A stretch of DNA of 64,000 nt, taken from positions 1,232 to 65,231 of the forward strand of contig CAYLHB010000001.1 in assembly GCA_964383505.1 (NCBI GenBank), in the 5' to 3' direction. The DNA is from an uncultured Candidatus Saccharibacteria bacterium (lineage in GTDB: Bacteria; Patescibacteriota; Minisyncoccia; Phycocordibacterales; UBA12088). This document shows positions 39,287 through 49,895 of this stretch, piece after piece (position 1 is the stretch's first letter; each line of letters begins with the position of its first letter). The notes under the pieces are model-generated. The model worked only from the letters and a program-made list of their open reading frames with translations, was not told the origin of the DNA and searched no databases. The translations under genes were made by a program, and so were the position numbers.

Positions 39287-40648
39287 ATGGTAGCACACAC
39301 GAAACTTGAAGATATCGTCGCACTCTGCAAACGCAGAGGGTTTGTGTACCAGGGGTCCGAAGTATATGGCGGCCTTGCTGGTACATGGGACTATGGTCCG
39401 CTCGGCGTTGCGCTCAAGAACAACATTAAACAACTTTGGTGGCGCATGTTCGTGGACGAGAGAGACGACGTGTATGGTATCGATGCGTCCATCCTTCTCA
39501 ATGCAAAGGTGGTGAAGGCGAGCGGGCACGTCGATACCTTCACCGACCCATTGGTTGAGGATGTGGTGACCAAGCGGAGGTACCGCGCCGACCTCCTTTT
39601 GGAGGATGCGGGAGAAAATCCTGCGGGCCTTTCGCTCGAAGCGCTCAACCGAGCAATTAAAGAGAAAAAGCTCGTGAGTCCTGATGGTAATGCACTGGGC
39701 GACGTGCGCACGTTCAACCTCATGTGCAAGACGTATGTGGGAGCGACAGAGGATGAGTCCGCACTCGCATACTTTAGGCCGGAGACCGCCCAGGGTATAT
39801 TCATCAATTTTAAAAACGTGGTTGATTCCATGCACCCGAAAATACCTTTTGGTATCGCGCAAATAGGGAAGGCGTATAGGAACGAGATAGCTCCAAGAGA
39901 TTTTATATTCAGAATACGAGAACTAGAGCAAATGGAAATTGAGTACTTCGTCCACCCGAACGGGTGGGAAGAGCATTTTGAAATGTGGCGCGGATTAGTG
40001 CACGAGTGGTGTACTCGCATGGGCTTTCAAAGCGGGGCGGTGCATGAGCTCGAGGTTGCGGACCAGGACAGGGCGTTCTACAGCAAGCGCACTATTGATT
40101 TTGAGTACGAGTTCCCGTTTGGTCGCAAGGAGCTGTTGGGACTCGCGTATCGGACCGACTATGACCTCAGAGGACACGGGAGCGCAAGCGGTGTCGATTT
40201 CTCGTACCTTGATGAGAAAACGGGCGAGAGGTTTGTTCCCCATGTGATTGAGCCGTCGTTCGGTGTCGAGCGAGCGTTCCTCGCAGTGCTGACGAGCGCG
40301 TATGCGGTTGATGTACTCGGAGGCGAGTCACGGACGGTACTACGGTTACCTTACGAGCTTGCTCCAGTAAAGGTGGCGGTATTTCCGCTCCTCAAAAACA
40401 AACCAGAACTCGTCGCGAAAGCGCGAGCGGTTGCATCGAGTGTAAAGCGAGTAATCCCCCACACATCGTTTGACGACAACGGTAACATCGGAAAACGGTA
40501 CCGCCGCCAAGACGAAATCGGCACCCCCTACTGCGTGACGATAGACTTTGAGACGCTCGAGAACGACACGGTCACCCTACGAGACCGTGATTCCGGTGCC
40601 CAGCGCCGAGTGCCCATCGCGAACCTGGTGTCGGAACTGATAGCGTAA
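39287..40648 (+). CDS. glyQS: Glycine--tRNA ligase (alpha2 type)
   Basis: LCKRRGF, DYGPLG, RPETAQG, HVIEPSFG, IGKRYRRQDEIGTP. Confidence 0.97.
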   Translation: MVAHTKLEDIVALCKRRGFVYQGSEVYGGLAGTWDYGPLGVALKNNIKQLWWRMFVDERDDVYGIDASILLNAKVVKASGHVDTFTDPLVEDVVTKRRYRADLLLEDAGENPAGLSLEALNRAIKEKKLVSPDGNALGDVRTFNLMCKTYVGATEDESALAYFRPETAQGIFINFKNVVDSMHPKIPFGIAQIGKAYRNEIAPRDFIFRIRELEQMEIEYFVHPNGWEEHFEMWRGLVHEWCTRMGFQSGAVHELEVADQDRAFYSKRTIDFEYEFPFGRKELLGLAYRTDYDLRGHGSASGVDFSYLDEKTGERFVPHVIEPSFGVERAFLAVLTSAYAVDVLGGESRTVLRLPYELAPVKVAVFPLLKNKPELVAKARAVASSVKRVIPHTSFDDNGNIGKRYRRQDEIGTPYCVTIDFETLENDTVTLRDRDSGAQRRVPIANLVSELIA

Positions 40649-40693
40649 ACAGCTCGCTTTGCAGAATAGGTCGTGCGCGAGTAGAATGCGCTC

Positions 40694-41761
40694 ATGGACC
40701 GGCGAGACATCACCATTTCCATTACACCGAGCAGTGTGGGGCTTGTACTCCTCCTCCTTACCGGCGCGTACGTCGCGTACCTCCTGCGCGATCTCATCCT
40801 TATCGTGTTTACCGCTATTGTGCTCGCCTCGGCAATTGAGCCGTTGGCGCAAAAGCTCGTGAAGTGGGGTTTGGGGAGAATTCTTGCGGTGGTGCTCATT
40901 TACCTCGCATCGGTGGCTCTCTTGAGCGTGTTGTTCTACTTTTTCATGCCGCCGCTTTTACGAGAGGCGAATGCATTCCTCACAATGGCTCCCAAGTACC
41001 TTGAGACATTTGGTCTCAATACGGTTTCCGTGGGTACATCTGCTCAGTCGTTGCCGATCTATGCACAGGACATTCTCAAGCTTCAAGGGCTCCTCTCCGC
41101 TTCGTCGGCCGGTCTCCTTGCGGTTGCGGGCACCATTTTCGGCGGGCTCATATCTTTCTCACTCATCGTTGTGCTCTCGTTCTACTTCGCGGTACAAGAT
41201 CAAGGCATCGATGACTTTTTGCGCCTTGTGAGCCCCGTGCGCCACCAAGCGTACATCCTTAACTTGTGGCGCCGTAGTCAACGGAAAATGGGGCGGTGGT
41301 TTCAAGGCCAGCTCATCCTCTCACTCATTGTGGGTGTGCTCATCTATGTGGGTCTCCTTGTGCTGAGCATTTGGTCTGATGTACGGTACCCATTTCTTCT
41401 TGCGGTGGTCGCCGCACTGTTTGAGCTCATTCCCGTGTTTGGCTCTATTCTCGCCGCGATACCTGCGGTCGCGCTCTCATTTTTCTCGGGCGGTGTGCCG
41501 CTCGCGCTTTGGGTCATTGCACTCTACTTTTTCGTGAACCAAGTGCAGGGGAATGTCATCTATCCGATGGTAGTTCAAAAAGTATTGGGGGTCCCCCCGC
41601 TCGTGGTCATCTTGGCAATCGTTGTGGGTGCACAGCTCGCGGGATTTTTCGGCATCCTTGTTGCGGTGCCTGTCGCGGCGGCATTTCAAGAGTACGTGAC
41701 CGATATCATGAAGCGAAAGGAGCGTGCACTGCTTGAGTCGCGCGCGAGCGACCACGTATGA
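40694..41761 (+). CDS. AI-2E family transporter
   Basis: Multiple TMs; WFQGQL, ELIPVFG, QGNVIYP, GFFGILVAVP pattern. Confidence 0.9.
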   Translation: MDRRDITISITPSSVGLVLLLLTGAYVAYLLRDLILIVFTAIVLASAIEPLAQKLVKWGLGRILAVVLIYLASVALLSVLFYFFMPPLLREANAFLTMAPKYLETFGLNTVSVGTSAQSLPIYAQDILKLQGLLSASSAGLLAVAGTIFGGLISFSLIVVLSFYFAVQDQGIDDFLRLVSPVRHQAYILNLWRRSQRKMGRWFQGQLILSLIVGVLIYVGLLVLSIWSDVRYPFLLAVVAALFELIPVFGSILAAIPAVALSFFSGGVPLALWVIALYFFVNQVQGNVIYPMVVQKVLGVPPLVVILAIVVGAQLAGFFGILVAVPVAAAFQEYVTDIMKRKERALLESRASDHV

Positions 41762-43227
41762 GTAGGCGCGTGTTCGTCACTGCGGCGATTCCCTATGTGA
41801 ATGCCGCTCCCCACATAGGTCACGCGGAAGAGTACGTCTACGCGGATGTGCTCGCGCGGTACCACCGTCTTCTAGGCCACGACACGTTTTTCCTCTGCGG
41901 TACGGATGATAATGCGTTTAAAAACGTGCAAAAGGCAGAGGAGGCAGGAGAGCATGTTGTCGATTACGTGGCGCGACACACCGAGCGCTTTATGTCGCTC
42001 CTGCGTGAGCTCTCAATAAGTAACGACGATTTCATTCGCACCTCAGTCGATGGGCGGCACCGACAAGGCGCCGCGAAGCTTTGGCGGTCGTGCAGGCCCG
42101 ATGATATTTTCAAAAAGAGGTACACCGGTCTCTACTGTGTCGGGTGCGAAGAATTTAAGTTTGAGAAAGATTTGGTGGACGGCTGCTGTCCAGAGCACCC
42201 TCGCGCACGTCTCGAACGTATTGATGAGGAAAACTACTTTTTTCGGTTGAGTATATATGGTGCGCGACTTACCGATATGCTTACCACAGGGGAGCTCAAG
42301 GTGGTTCCTGAGAGCAGAAAGAACGAGCTCCTCGCATTCCTTGCGACCGGCCTTGATGATTTAAGTATCTCTCGCAACAAAGAGCGGATGCGCGGGTGGG
42401 GCATCGAGGTGCCCGACGACCCCTCACAGGTGATGTACGTGTGGCTCGACGCGCTCTCTAACTACATCACTGCACTTGGCTATGCAGATGGGGCACAAAC
42501 CTACCTACGGTTTTGGAAAGAGGCCGATGACATCATCCATGTGATAGGGAAGGGCATCACGCGCTTCCACGCCCTCTACTGGCCGGCATTTCTCCTTTCT
42601 GCGGGCGAGCGCCTCCCCACAAGCATTTTCGCCCACGCGTACCTTACGGTGGACGGCGCGAAGATGAGCAAATCGCTCGGGAACGTGATAGATCCCTTCG
42701 AGCTTATTCAAACCTATGGTGCGGAAGCGGTGCGCTACTTCTTCGCTCGCGAGGTTTCGCCCTTCGAGGATTCCGATGTGACCCACACGCGCTTTCACGA
42801 AGCGTACAACGCAAACCTCGCAAATGGCCTCGGCAATTTCACCGCACGCGTGATGAAGCTCGCGACAACGCATCTCACCGAGCCGATGCAGCTTCGCGAC
42901 GAGGACAAGGCGTTCGACTCGAGGGTGGGTGAGGCGATTGAGCAGTTCGCCTTCAACCGTGCGATGGACATCATTTTTGAGTACATCGGTGAGGGCGATG
43001 CGTACATGCAGGAGCACCAGCCGTACCGAACAATCAAATCACCCGAGACTCACAGTAAGGCCATATTGGATATCGAGTTCCTTACTCGACGTCTCTTTAA
43101 GATTGCTACACAGCTTACCCCCTTCATGCCTGCGACCGCTGAATTGATACGAAATGCAGTTTCTTTGCACCACATGCCACCCGCACTATTTCTTCGAAAA
43201 GAACTACCACCTACCTCGTTTCAATAA
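41758..43227 (+). CDS. metG: Methionine--tRNA ligase
   Basis: YVNAAPHIGH, YVWLDAL.NY, KMSKSLGN. Confidence 0.97.
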   Translation: MSRRVFVTAAIPYVNAAPHIGHAEEYVYADVLARYHRLLGHDTFFLCGTDDNAFKNVQKAEEAGEHVVDYVARHTERFMSLLRELSISNDDFIRTSVDGRHRQGAAKLWRSCRPDDIFKKRYTGLYCVGCEEFKFEKDLVDGCCPEHPRARLERIDEENYFFRLSIYGARLTDMLTTGELKVVPESRKNELLAFLATGLDDLSISRNKERMRGWGIEVPDDPSQVMYVWLDALSNYITALGYADGAQTYLRFWKEADDIIHVIGKGITRFHALYWPAFLLSAGERLPTSIFAHAYLTVDGAKMSKSLGNVIDPFELIQTYGAEAVRYFFAREVSPFEDSDVTHTRFHEAYNANLANGLGNFTARVMKLATTHLTEPMQLRDEDKAFDSRVGEAIEQFAFNRAMDIIFEYIGEGDAYMQEHQPYRTIKSPETHSKAILDIEFLTRRLFKIATQLTPFMPATAELIRNAVSLHHMPPALFLRKELPPTSFQ

Positions 43228-46216
43228 ACCTGGAAACGAGCACAAACACCGATGCTGTTTCTTGTATGGGCAAGCCGGCCGTGTTGGTGCAGGCAATATT
43301 AAATGTGGTCACTTTATCAATTCCTAGCGTAGTAACTCGCCCCACAACTCTATGTTGAGGATTCGCGTTTAAGGGGTAACTCGAACCATCAGAACCTTTG
43401 ATCACACATGACCCCACATTTTCAGCATAAAACTCCAACTGTACCCTTGCTCCAACGTTGACGATTTGTTGACTTGACCTGATAAGTATAGAGTGTTCAC
43501 CCTCCTCCTTATCACTGTCCACAGATGTACAATCGGTATCAGCAGTCGCGCCTGGAGGTGCTATGAAATCCACACCACCGTCTGTGTCATTATCGCTCAA
43601 ATCATTACACTGCGGATGTACCGTTATTGTTCCCAACGAGCTGCAGTTGTTATTTTCGTCGAGTTCCCAAACCTGACCCTCGTAAACGCTTATGTCTTGA
43701 TCTGCACATACATCGAGCTCGTAGGTTCCTACTTGAGCGACCCATCCATCAAACTCTGCATCGAAAGAGCTTCCTGCTGACAAACTAGGAACATTCAGTG
43801 CGCTGAGCCATGTACCGGTGGTACGATCTCTCAACACGCTCAAAAAGTTTCCTGCATCCATGGTGGAGGCGCATGTGGGAGCACAGTGAACTCCGTTACG
43901 AAAATCACTGTTGTACAGCGTAGCTCGTATAGTAGTTCGTAGCCCCGAAGTAGTGGTACCGATAATTTGTGAGGTATCAACAACCAGATCAGGTAACCGA
44001 ATAGGATCAATAGTATCTTGCCCAATCTCTATGAGATCAAGAGGTCGTGTAAAATACTCGGCTGTTTGCATTTGCCTCGTATTGTTTTCCAAATGGTAGT
44101 CGGGGCTCGTTGAAGCGGTAAGAATGCGTATACCCGTGTTGTCTACAATTATGGTCCCAACCAACTCAACCGCACTGCCTGGTTCTAGTGGTGGGACATT
44201 GATGGAAGCGAAGTGACGCATCTGTCCAGATCCGTAGTATCTATCCTCGTACATGTCAAGTGTGGCAGGTGTGCTCGTGGCACCATTGGTACCAGGAAGT
44301 ACCTCATTGCGTACACGAGCATGTAGTGTAATCGAATCTCCAACGTATCGACTCGACGAGGAGTAGGTTGCCCAAAGACTTTCTATTGAGAGATCAATAG
44401 GCGGATTTGTGGTATCAATGGGGGGACGAATGGTCACGGATGGGGGACTGACAGAGAATTGATAGCAGTTGTTGTCTTCCCCATCTTCCTTTACGTTTCC
44501 TTGGTTCCCTGGGACCCAAAACTCAGTAGGCGCGTCAATACATACTTCACGAATCGAGTGTGTTGAATTGATTGGAGGATTATTCCATGTCCCAACGAGC
44601 TTTCGGTACCCACCTGATACAGGTGCCCAGGTGGTGATGGGTGAGGGTGTTTTTCCTTCTTGTACAACATCAAATATCACTACATCATTGGAAGCGTCGT
44701 CGTCATCATACACATCTATAGTTGTCCGTACACTAAATGGTCCGATCGCGGTTCCTTGACCGACATTTTTAAAGCCCGCCATGATGTAGAGCGGTTTTCC
44801 AGCTTCCCACGAGGTACAAGTAAAAAGTGGGTCTGTATCGCAATCAAACCATGGGTAGTTGTGTTGCCAGTAATTATAGGTGAAACCATCAAATCCAGGA
44901 TTTCCGTTTGAAGCGAAATCGGGAAGATTGATAGTATCCTTTACGACGAAAGGGGTACTGGGAGGGGAAACCGCTTTTGTGATTCCCGCTCCATTCTTTG
45001 CCACCAGTACAATCGACACGTTTGAGTTTACTGGAAACGTGCCAATAGAGTACGATGGTTCGAGCCAGTACCATCGTGCAGTACCATCAGGGTTTTGTTT
45101 TGTAGCACTCTGTATTCTCACCCCATTAACAAAAAGCTCAAGACTGGTGACGCCTGACATATCTTCTCCCGCATTCGCTCGAACAAACACTTCTTGCGTA
45201 TAGTCAGGTTCTGTGGGCCAGTAGGTGATAACAGGATCAGGGGCGGTGCTGTCTAAGCTAAATGTGCCCCACCCGACCCACCCAGACTTAGGGTTAGGGC
45301 TTCGTGAAAGTTCTCCCCATCCGTTTAACCCAACGTATACCCCCCATCGATACATACCGTTCGGAAGATGAAGATTGTTTAAGGAGTATAGACCAGGACC
45401 TCCTGCGATAGGAACCACAGACTCAAACGTTTCATAGGTCATGGTGTTTTGTGCGATGACTTTTAGCTCACTAACCCCGGTTGCATTATGAAAGGGGAGC
45501 ATAGGAAGATCATTTAACCGCACCAAAAAAGTTGGGTTTGTCGAAGAAGCCCATCCGGAAATAGGACGAACCAGTTCAATATCTGGTCTTTGGCTTGCCT
45601 GTTTTAGGTGAATATGTCCCTTCACGATTCGTCCGTGTGCAGATTTGCTATCATCACTTTTAGTCCATGCGATACTGCTAGAAAAATTATGGTAGTGACC
45701 ATTACCATTAATACTTACTCCTAGTATATGTTTTTCAACATCAAAACAGAGTTCAGGAGAAACGATATCGGTCTCTGTTACATTAGAAATCGGCGTACCT
45801 GTTATCTTATCGCGAGTTGCAAGTGCAACAGTCACTGGTTGGGAAACTGGTGTTTCTGAATCGTACTCAAGTAGATCGAAAATATACAATGTTTCGCCTG
45901 CTAAGCATTTGGTGCGGTCATGAAATCCAAGGTTTTGTGCCCCAATATCAATCCAGCCCGACGATGAATTTGGAGTGCTGTTCGCAAAAGCATTGCTATC
46001 CTCTGATTGATACACCACTAAGGTAACAACTAGGCACAGTACGACCCCACTACACACCAAGTAACATGCTTTTGGGCTTTGTTTAAGCTGAAGAACGCAC
46101 GTACTTGCACCGGTACGGATTCCGCAAAGAAAGCGATACATGTGCGGTGCGTGTACTCGTACCGCGTACACGCTGTGCCGTAACCGCTTCACTACTATAC
46201 GTGATAGAGATGACAT
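43211..46216 (-). CDS. Large extracellular protein with CARDB/Ig-like repeats
   Basis: 1001 aa; N-terminal TM; repeats of the type LPDL...N.G...VCAD...E.DENNNC; PQCNDLSDNDTDG putative Ca-binding motif; start uncertain. Confidence 0.75.
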   Translation of the reverse strand: MSSLSRIVVKRLRHSVYAVRVHAPHMYRFLCGIRTGASTCVLQLKQSPKACYLVCSGVVLCLVVTLVVYQSEDSNAFANSTPNSSSGWIDIGAQNLGFHDRTKCLAGETLYIFDLLEYDSETPVSQPVTVALATRDKITGTPISNVTETDIVSPELCFDVEKHILGVSINGNGHYHNFSSSIAWTKSDDSKSAHGRIVKGHIHLKQASQRPDIELVRPISGWASSTNPTFLVRLNDLPMLPFHNATGVSELKVIAQNTMTYETFESVVPIAGGPGLYSLNNLHLPNGMYRWGVYVGLNGWGELSRSPNPKSGWVGWGTFSLDSTAPDPVITYWPTEPDYTQEVFVRANAGEDMSGVTSLELFVNGVRIQSATKQNPDGTARWYWLEPSYSIGTFPVNSNVSIVLVAKNGAGITKAVSPPSTPFVVKDTINLPDFASNGNPGFDGFTYNYWQHNYPWFDCDTDPLFTCTSWEAGKPLYIMAGFKNVGQGTAIGPFSVRTTIDVYDDDDASNDVVIFDVVQEGKTPSPITTWAPVSGGYRKLVGTWNNPPINSTHSIREVCIDAPTEFWVPGNQGNVKEDGEDNNCYQFSVSPPSVTIRPPIDTTNPPIDLSIESLWATYSSSSRYVGDSITLHARVRNEVLPGTNGATSTPATLDMYEDRYYGSGQMRHFASINVPPLEPGSAVELVGTIIVDNTGIRILTASTSPDYHLENNTRQMQTAEYFTRPLDLIEIGQDTIDPIRLPDLVVDTSQIIGTTTSGLRTTIRATLYNSDFRNGVHCAPTCASTMDAGNFLSVLRDRTTGTWLSALNVPSLSAGSSFDAEFDGWVAQVGTYELDVCADQDISVYEGQVWELDENNNCSSLGTITVHPQCNDLSDNDTDGGVDFIAPPGATADTDCTSVDSDKEEGEHSILIRSSQQIVNVGARVQLEFYAENVGSCVIKGSDGSSYPLNANPQHRVVGRVTTLGIDKVTTFNIACTNTAGLPIQETASVFVLVSRFIETR

Positions 46217-46246
46217 GGTGATTGGAGGGTGCGGTGCAATGTATGA

Positions 46247-46945
46247 CTAGTAGGTTGGTACATCAAGTAGCGTTTTGGTTTGAGTCCTGCTTTGTAGTTC
46301 AACGGTATCAAGGATTGGAGTAAGGGTTGAAGGCGTGGGAAAAACATTTGTTGCCGTAGTCAGAACGCGTATTGGAGTGTGGGGAGGCAAGTCGCCATTC
46401 CACGTGAAGCGTGCCCCGTCATGGTACCATGGGGTTTCGTCAGAGACATAAAACTCAAATGTTTTTCCGGTTTTTGCTTCATAGACCTTAAGCACTTCTC
46501 TCTGTTCGTCATATACGAGCAGGTATCCACTAAGTTCGTAGTGCATGGGAAAGTGGCCTGTGTCCTCGGGCTGTGTCTTGTTCAGTTCATCAACACTGTA
46601 TCCGAGTGTTGTAAGAAACAATGTGCGCGGGTCGAGTGGAGTCTGCTGGACAATGGGAATTGATGGGTCAAGATACACTGTTTCGCGCTCTAGAATGATG
46701 ATACGTCGCACGTTGAGTAAAAACAACATGCCCAACAAAATTGTTCCGAGTAGTAGAATAAGAAAGAGGCTCTTCAAATGTGCGTCCAACCATCTTCCGA
46801 GTGGCCCGTATACTAGAGAGCCAACGAAACGTTGATTTCGGAAACGTTTAGCAAAATCACTCTGATCAAACGTTTCGAGGTAGTGGGCTACAAAGCTATG
46901 CCGTGGTTTCGGTACAAGTTCGGGATGCATGTTCGGAGTATCCAT
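46247..46945 (-). CDS. Hypothetical single-pass membrane protein
   Basis: One TM (LFLILLLGTILLGMLFLL); co-oriented upstream of the CARDB gene; start uncertain (46984 possible). Confidence 0.65.
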   Translation of the reverse strand: MDTPNMHPELVPKPRHSFVAHYLETFDQSDFAKRFRNQRFVGSLVYGPLGRWLDAHLKSLFLILLLGTILLGMLFLLNVRRIIILERETVYLDPSIPIVQQTPLDPRTLFLTTLGYSVDELNKTQPEDTGHFPMHYELSGYLLVYDEQREVLKVYEAKTGKTFEFYVSDETPWYHDGARFTWNGDLPPHTPIRVLTTATNVFPTPSTLTPILDTVELQSRTQTKTLLDVPTY

Positions 46946-47030
46946 ACTGTGATGTAAGAAAAACAAAAGTATATTCGATGCCATTCACAATCTGTATGCC
47001 TGAGTGCTACCCATGATAGTACATGGTAGT

Positions 47031-47879
47031 ATGGATACTGTGTATGTAGATGTTCACACCCACCTAAACGCCGCCGCATTTGATTGCGATCGAGATGCGG
47101 TGGTGCTCAGGACACGCGAGGCCGGTGTGGTAATGGTAAATGTCGGGACCCAGTTCGATACCTCTACACGTGCAGTTGAGCTTGCGGAGGGGTACGGGAA
47201 TGGTGTGTATGCGGCGGTGGGCCTCCACCCTGTCCACACGAGCCCCTCGCACCACGACGAAGCAGAGCTTGGTGAGTTTGGAAAAGCGTTCACCTCGCGC
47301 GGGGAGTCGTTTTCGATTGACCGGTACCGCACACTCGCGCAGAGTCCTAAGGTGGTTGCAATAGGCGAGTGCGGGCTTGACTACTACCGTGTGCTCGACG
47401 AAGCTTCCCATCGACGCCAGCGGGAGGCGTTTGAGGCACAGATTGACCTCGCCAATGAGCTCGGGAAACCGCTCATGCTCCACCTGCGAAGTGGGAATGG
47501 AAAGAATGCGTACCGTGAAGCACAAGACATTTTGAAGCATCACGCGAAGGTGGTTGGAAACAGCCACTTTTTTGCCGGCTCCCTCGAAGATGCGCACGCA
47601 TTTTGGGACATGGGCTACTCAACCTCGTTTACCGGCGTCATCACCTTCACGTGCGACTACGACGAGGTCATACGAGCAGCCCCCGTCGAGCTCATACATG
47701 CGGAAACCGATGCGCCGTACGTGGCACCCGTACCCCACAGGGGCGAGCGCAACGAGCCACGGTATGTGGCGCAGGTGGTGGAGCGCATGGCAACGATTCG
47801 AAGGGTGAGCACGGAAGAACTTACTTTTCACCTTGTACAAAACGCTAGGCATATGTTTGGAGTAAGCGACCTCTCGTAG
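47031..47879 (+). CDS. tatD: TatD-family hydrolase
   Basis: DVHTHL, GLHP, AIGECGLDYY, ETDAPY, RNEP. Confidence 0.94.
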   Translation: MDTVYVDVHTHLNAAAFDCDRDAVVLRTREAGVVMVNVGTQFDTSTRAVELAEGYGNGVYAAVGLHPVHTSPSHHDEAELGEFGKAFTSRGESFSIDRYRTLAQSPKVVAIGECGLDYYRVLDEASHRRQREAFEAQIDLANELGKPLMLHLRSGNGKNAYREAQDILKHHAKVVGNSHFFAGSLEDAHAFWDMGYSTSFTGVITFTCDYDEVIRAAPVELIHAETDAPYVAPVPHRGERNEPRYVAQVVERMATIRRVSTEELTFHLVQNARHMFGVSDLS

Positions 47880-47941
47880 GCGTTGCGAAGTACGCTTCCG
47901 TGTGGTACGGTGTGCCGACATTAGCAAGGTAACAAAAGAGA

Positions 47942-48433
47942 ATGCCAGCAAAAAAAGCACATGAAGACGAGGGGGCGGAGCTTGTGAAGTACGAGCTCGG
48001 CTATCACCTCGTACCGTCGCTCGGTCCCGATGACCTTGCGCTTCGTGTCGGTGAGCTCGAGAAGCTCGTGCGGAAGGCGGGCGGGGAGGTGTACGCGAAA
48101 GGCGCCCCCCAATCGTTCATCCTCGCCTATACGATGCGGCGCCAGCGGGGCGGGGCGTGGGATGCGTACGACACCTCGTTTTTCGGGTGGATGCGCTTCA
48201 CCGCACTGCGCGAGCGTATGCCCGACCTCAAGGCCGCCCTCGCAGAGAGTCCTTGGATTATCCGCTCACTCACACTTTCTCTCGACGGCTCGGAGGAGGA
48301 GGCACCGCGCCTCTTCAAACCGCAAACGGCACACGTGGAGCCCACCACTATCGCAAAGCGCGAGGTGAAGGAAGAAAAGGGTGAGGTGTCGGAAGAGGTA
48401 CTTGAAAAGCAGATCGAGGAGATGATAACGTAA
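47942..48433 (+). CDS. rpsF: 30S ribosomal protein S6
   Basis: YELGY, LAYTM and IIRSL pattern; canonical rpsF-ssb-rpsR order. Confidence 0.85.
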   Translation: MPAKKAHEDEGAELVKYELGYHLVPSLGPDDLALRVGELEKLVRKAGGEVYAKGAPQSFILAYTMRRQRGGAWDAYDTSFFGWMRFTALRERMPDLKAALAESPWIIRSLTLSLDGSEEEAPRLFKPQTAHVEPTTIAKREVKEEKGEVSEEVLEKQIEEMIT

Positions 48434-48437
48434 GGGT

Positions 48438-48887
48438 ATGTACCTCAACAAAGTCTTCATCATCGGGAACCTCACACGCGATCCGGAGCTCAAGTCGCTC
48501 CCCTCGGGCATGCAGGTGGCCACGTTTTCACTCGCAACCAACCGTGTGTACCGCGACCGTGATGGCAACAAGCAGGAGGCGACCGAGTACCACAATATTG
48601 TAGCGTTTGGAAAGACCGGCGAGCTGTGCGCCCAGTTCCTCCGCAGGGGAGGGAGTGCACTCGTCGAGGGGCGCCTCCAGACGCGCTCCTGGGAGCAGGA
48701 GGGACAGAAGCGCTACCGCACCGAAATAGTCGCCGATAGGGTCCAGTTTGGAGACCGGCGCGGGCAGGGCGACGGGCAGGGGTCTACGGGAGGTGGGAAG
48801 TCCCCGGCGGCAGAAACCCCCAAGGGGAAAGAAGACATCATCGAGTACCCCGATGAAGACATCAATCCCGACGACATTCCATTTTAG
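48438..48887 (+). CDS. ssb: Single-stranded DNA-binding protein
   Basis: LNKVFIIGNLTRDPE, VEGRLQTRSW, C-terminal DDIPF. Confidence 0.98.
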   Translation: MYLNKVFIIGNLTRDPELKSLPSGMQVATFSLATNRVYRDRDGNKQEATEYHNIVAFGKTGELCAQFLRRGGSALVEGRLQTRSWEQEGQKRYRTEIVADRVQFGDRRGQGDGQGSTGGGKSPAAETPKGKEDIIEYPDEDINPDDIPF

Positions 48888-48905
48888 CAAGCACCATTGA
48901 ACAGT

Positions 48906-49118
48906 ATGACAGAACAAAACAAAACACGTCCAGACTTGCCGGCATCCATCCGCTATTTTGACTACAAGGACGCGGAAACGCTCAAGCGGTTCCTGAACCC
49001 CCACGGGCGCATTTTGTCGCGTAAGCAGACGAACCTTGCGGCGGTAAGCCAGCGACGACTCGCGATGGCGGTGAAGTATGCGCGCGAGATGGGCTTTCTC
49101 CCCTACGTGGCGAAGTAG
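48906..49118 (+). CDS. rpsR: 30S ribosomal protein S18
   Basis: DYKDAETLKRF, GRILSR, QRRLAMAVKYAR..LPY. Confidence 0.96.
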   Translation: MTEQNKTRPDLPASIRYFDYKDAETLKRFLNPHGRILSRKQTNLAAVSQRRLAMAVKYAREMGFLPYVAK

Positions 49119-49196
49119 AGGTATCCGCACAGGAGTACGTGTGCCAAAAGCACCGCCCCCGGCGGTTTTTTTGGTTGCGTGCCCGCTTTCACCGCG

Positions 49197-49766
49197 TTAC
49201 CGCTTCTCGACGCGACCCACATAGGAGCCGGTTTCTGTGTTTATCTCGACCACATCGCCCGTATTGATAAAGAGTGGCGCGACCACGGTGGCACCCGTTT
49301 CGAGTACGATGGATTTCGTAGCACCCTGTGCGGTGTTGCCCCGTACGGCAGGCGCAGCTTCCTTGACCACAAAGGTCATTTTGACGGGTACCTCAACACC
49401 GATGATTTTATCATCAAAGAGCACGGCCTGGTACTCATCTTTTGGTTTCAAATATTGTTCTTTTCCTGCGATGAGCTCGGGCGAGAGCGCAAAGCGTTTT
49501 CCTGGATTCCCCGCCTCATGGAACCAGTACTCCCCCTTGCTCTCGTAGATGTAGATGATGGGACGCTTTTCAAGTGCGGCCTCCTCCACATTTTCATTTT
49601 GGTGGAAACTGTACTCGACCACCTTGCCGGTTTTGAGCCCCTTCATCTTGGTCGCATTGACCGGCTTTCGCTGTTGCATGCGAAAGACATGGTGTGAGAG
49701 CACCTTGTACGGCTCGTTGTTGTATACAATAACCTTGCCCGTGGTGATTTCGTTGTAGTTCAGCAT
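49197..49766 (-). CDS. efp: Elongation factor P
   Basis: VRGNTA, LETGATV..PLFINTGD..INTETGSYVGR; loop reads MQQRKP rather than PGKG. Confidence 0.93.
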   Translation of the reverse strand: MLNYNEITTGKVIVYNNEPYKVLSHHVFRMQQRKPVNATKMKGLKTGKVVEYSFHQNENVEEAALEKRPIIYIYESKGEYWFHEAGNPGKRFALSPELIAGKEQYLKPKDEYQAVLFDDKIIGVEVPVKMTFVVKEAAPAVRGNTAQGATKSIVLETGATVVAPLFINTGDVVEINTETGSYVGRVEKR

Positions 49767-49895
49767 AGTGGTCGGATTGTAGCCATTTTTCCATCGGTTG
49801 TCCACCTGTCCGACACAGGGGCGGGGTCTGTGGGCGACCACAGGTGGGCGTGGGTCGCGGCACCGTCGTGCGTCTCAGGGAAAAAAGTCTGAAGG

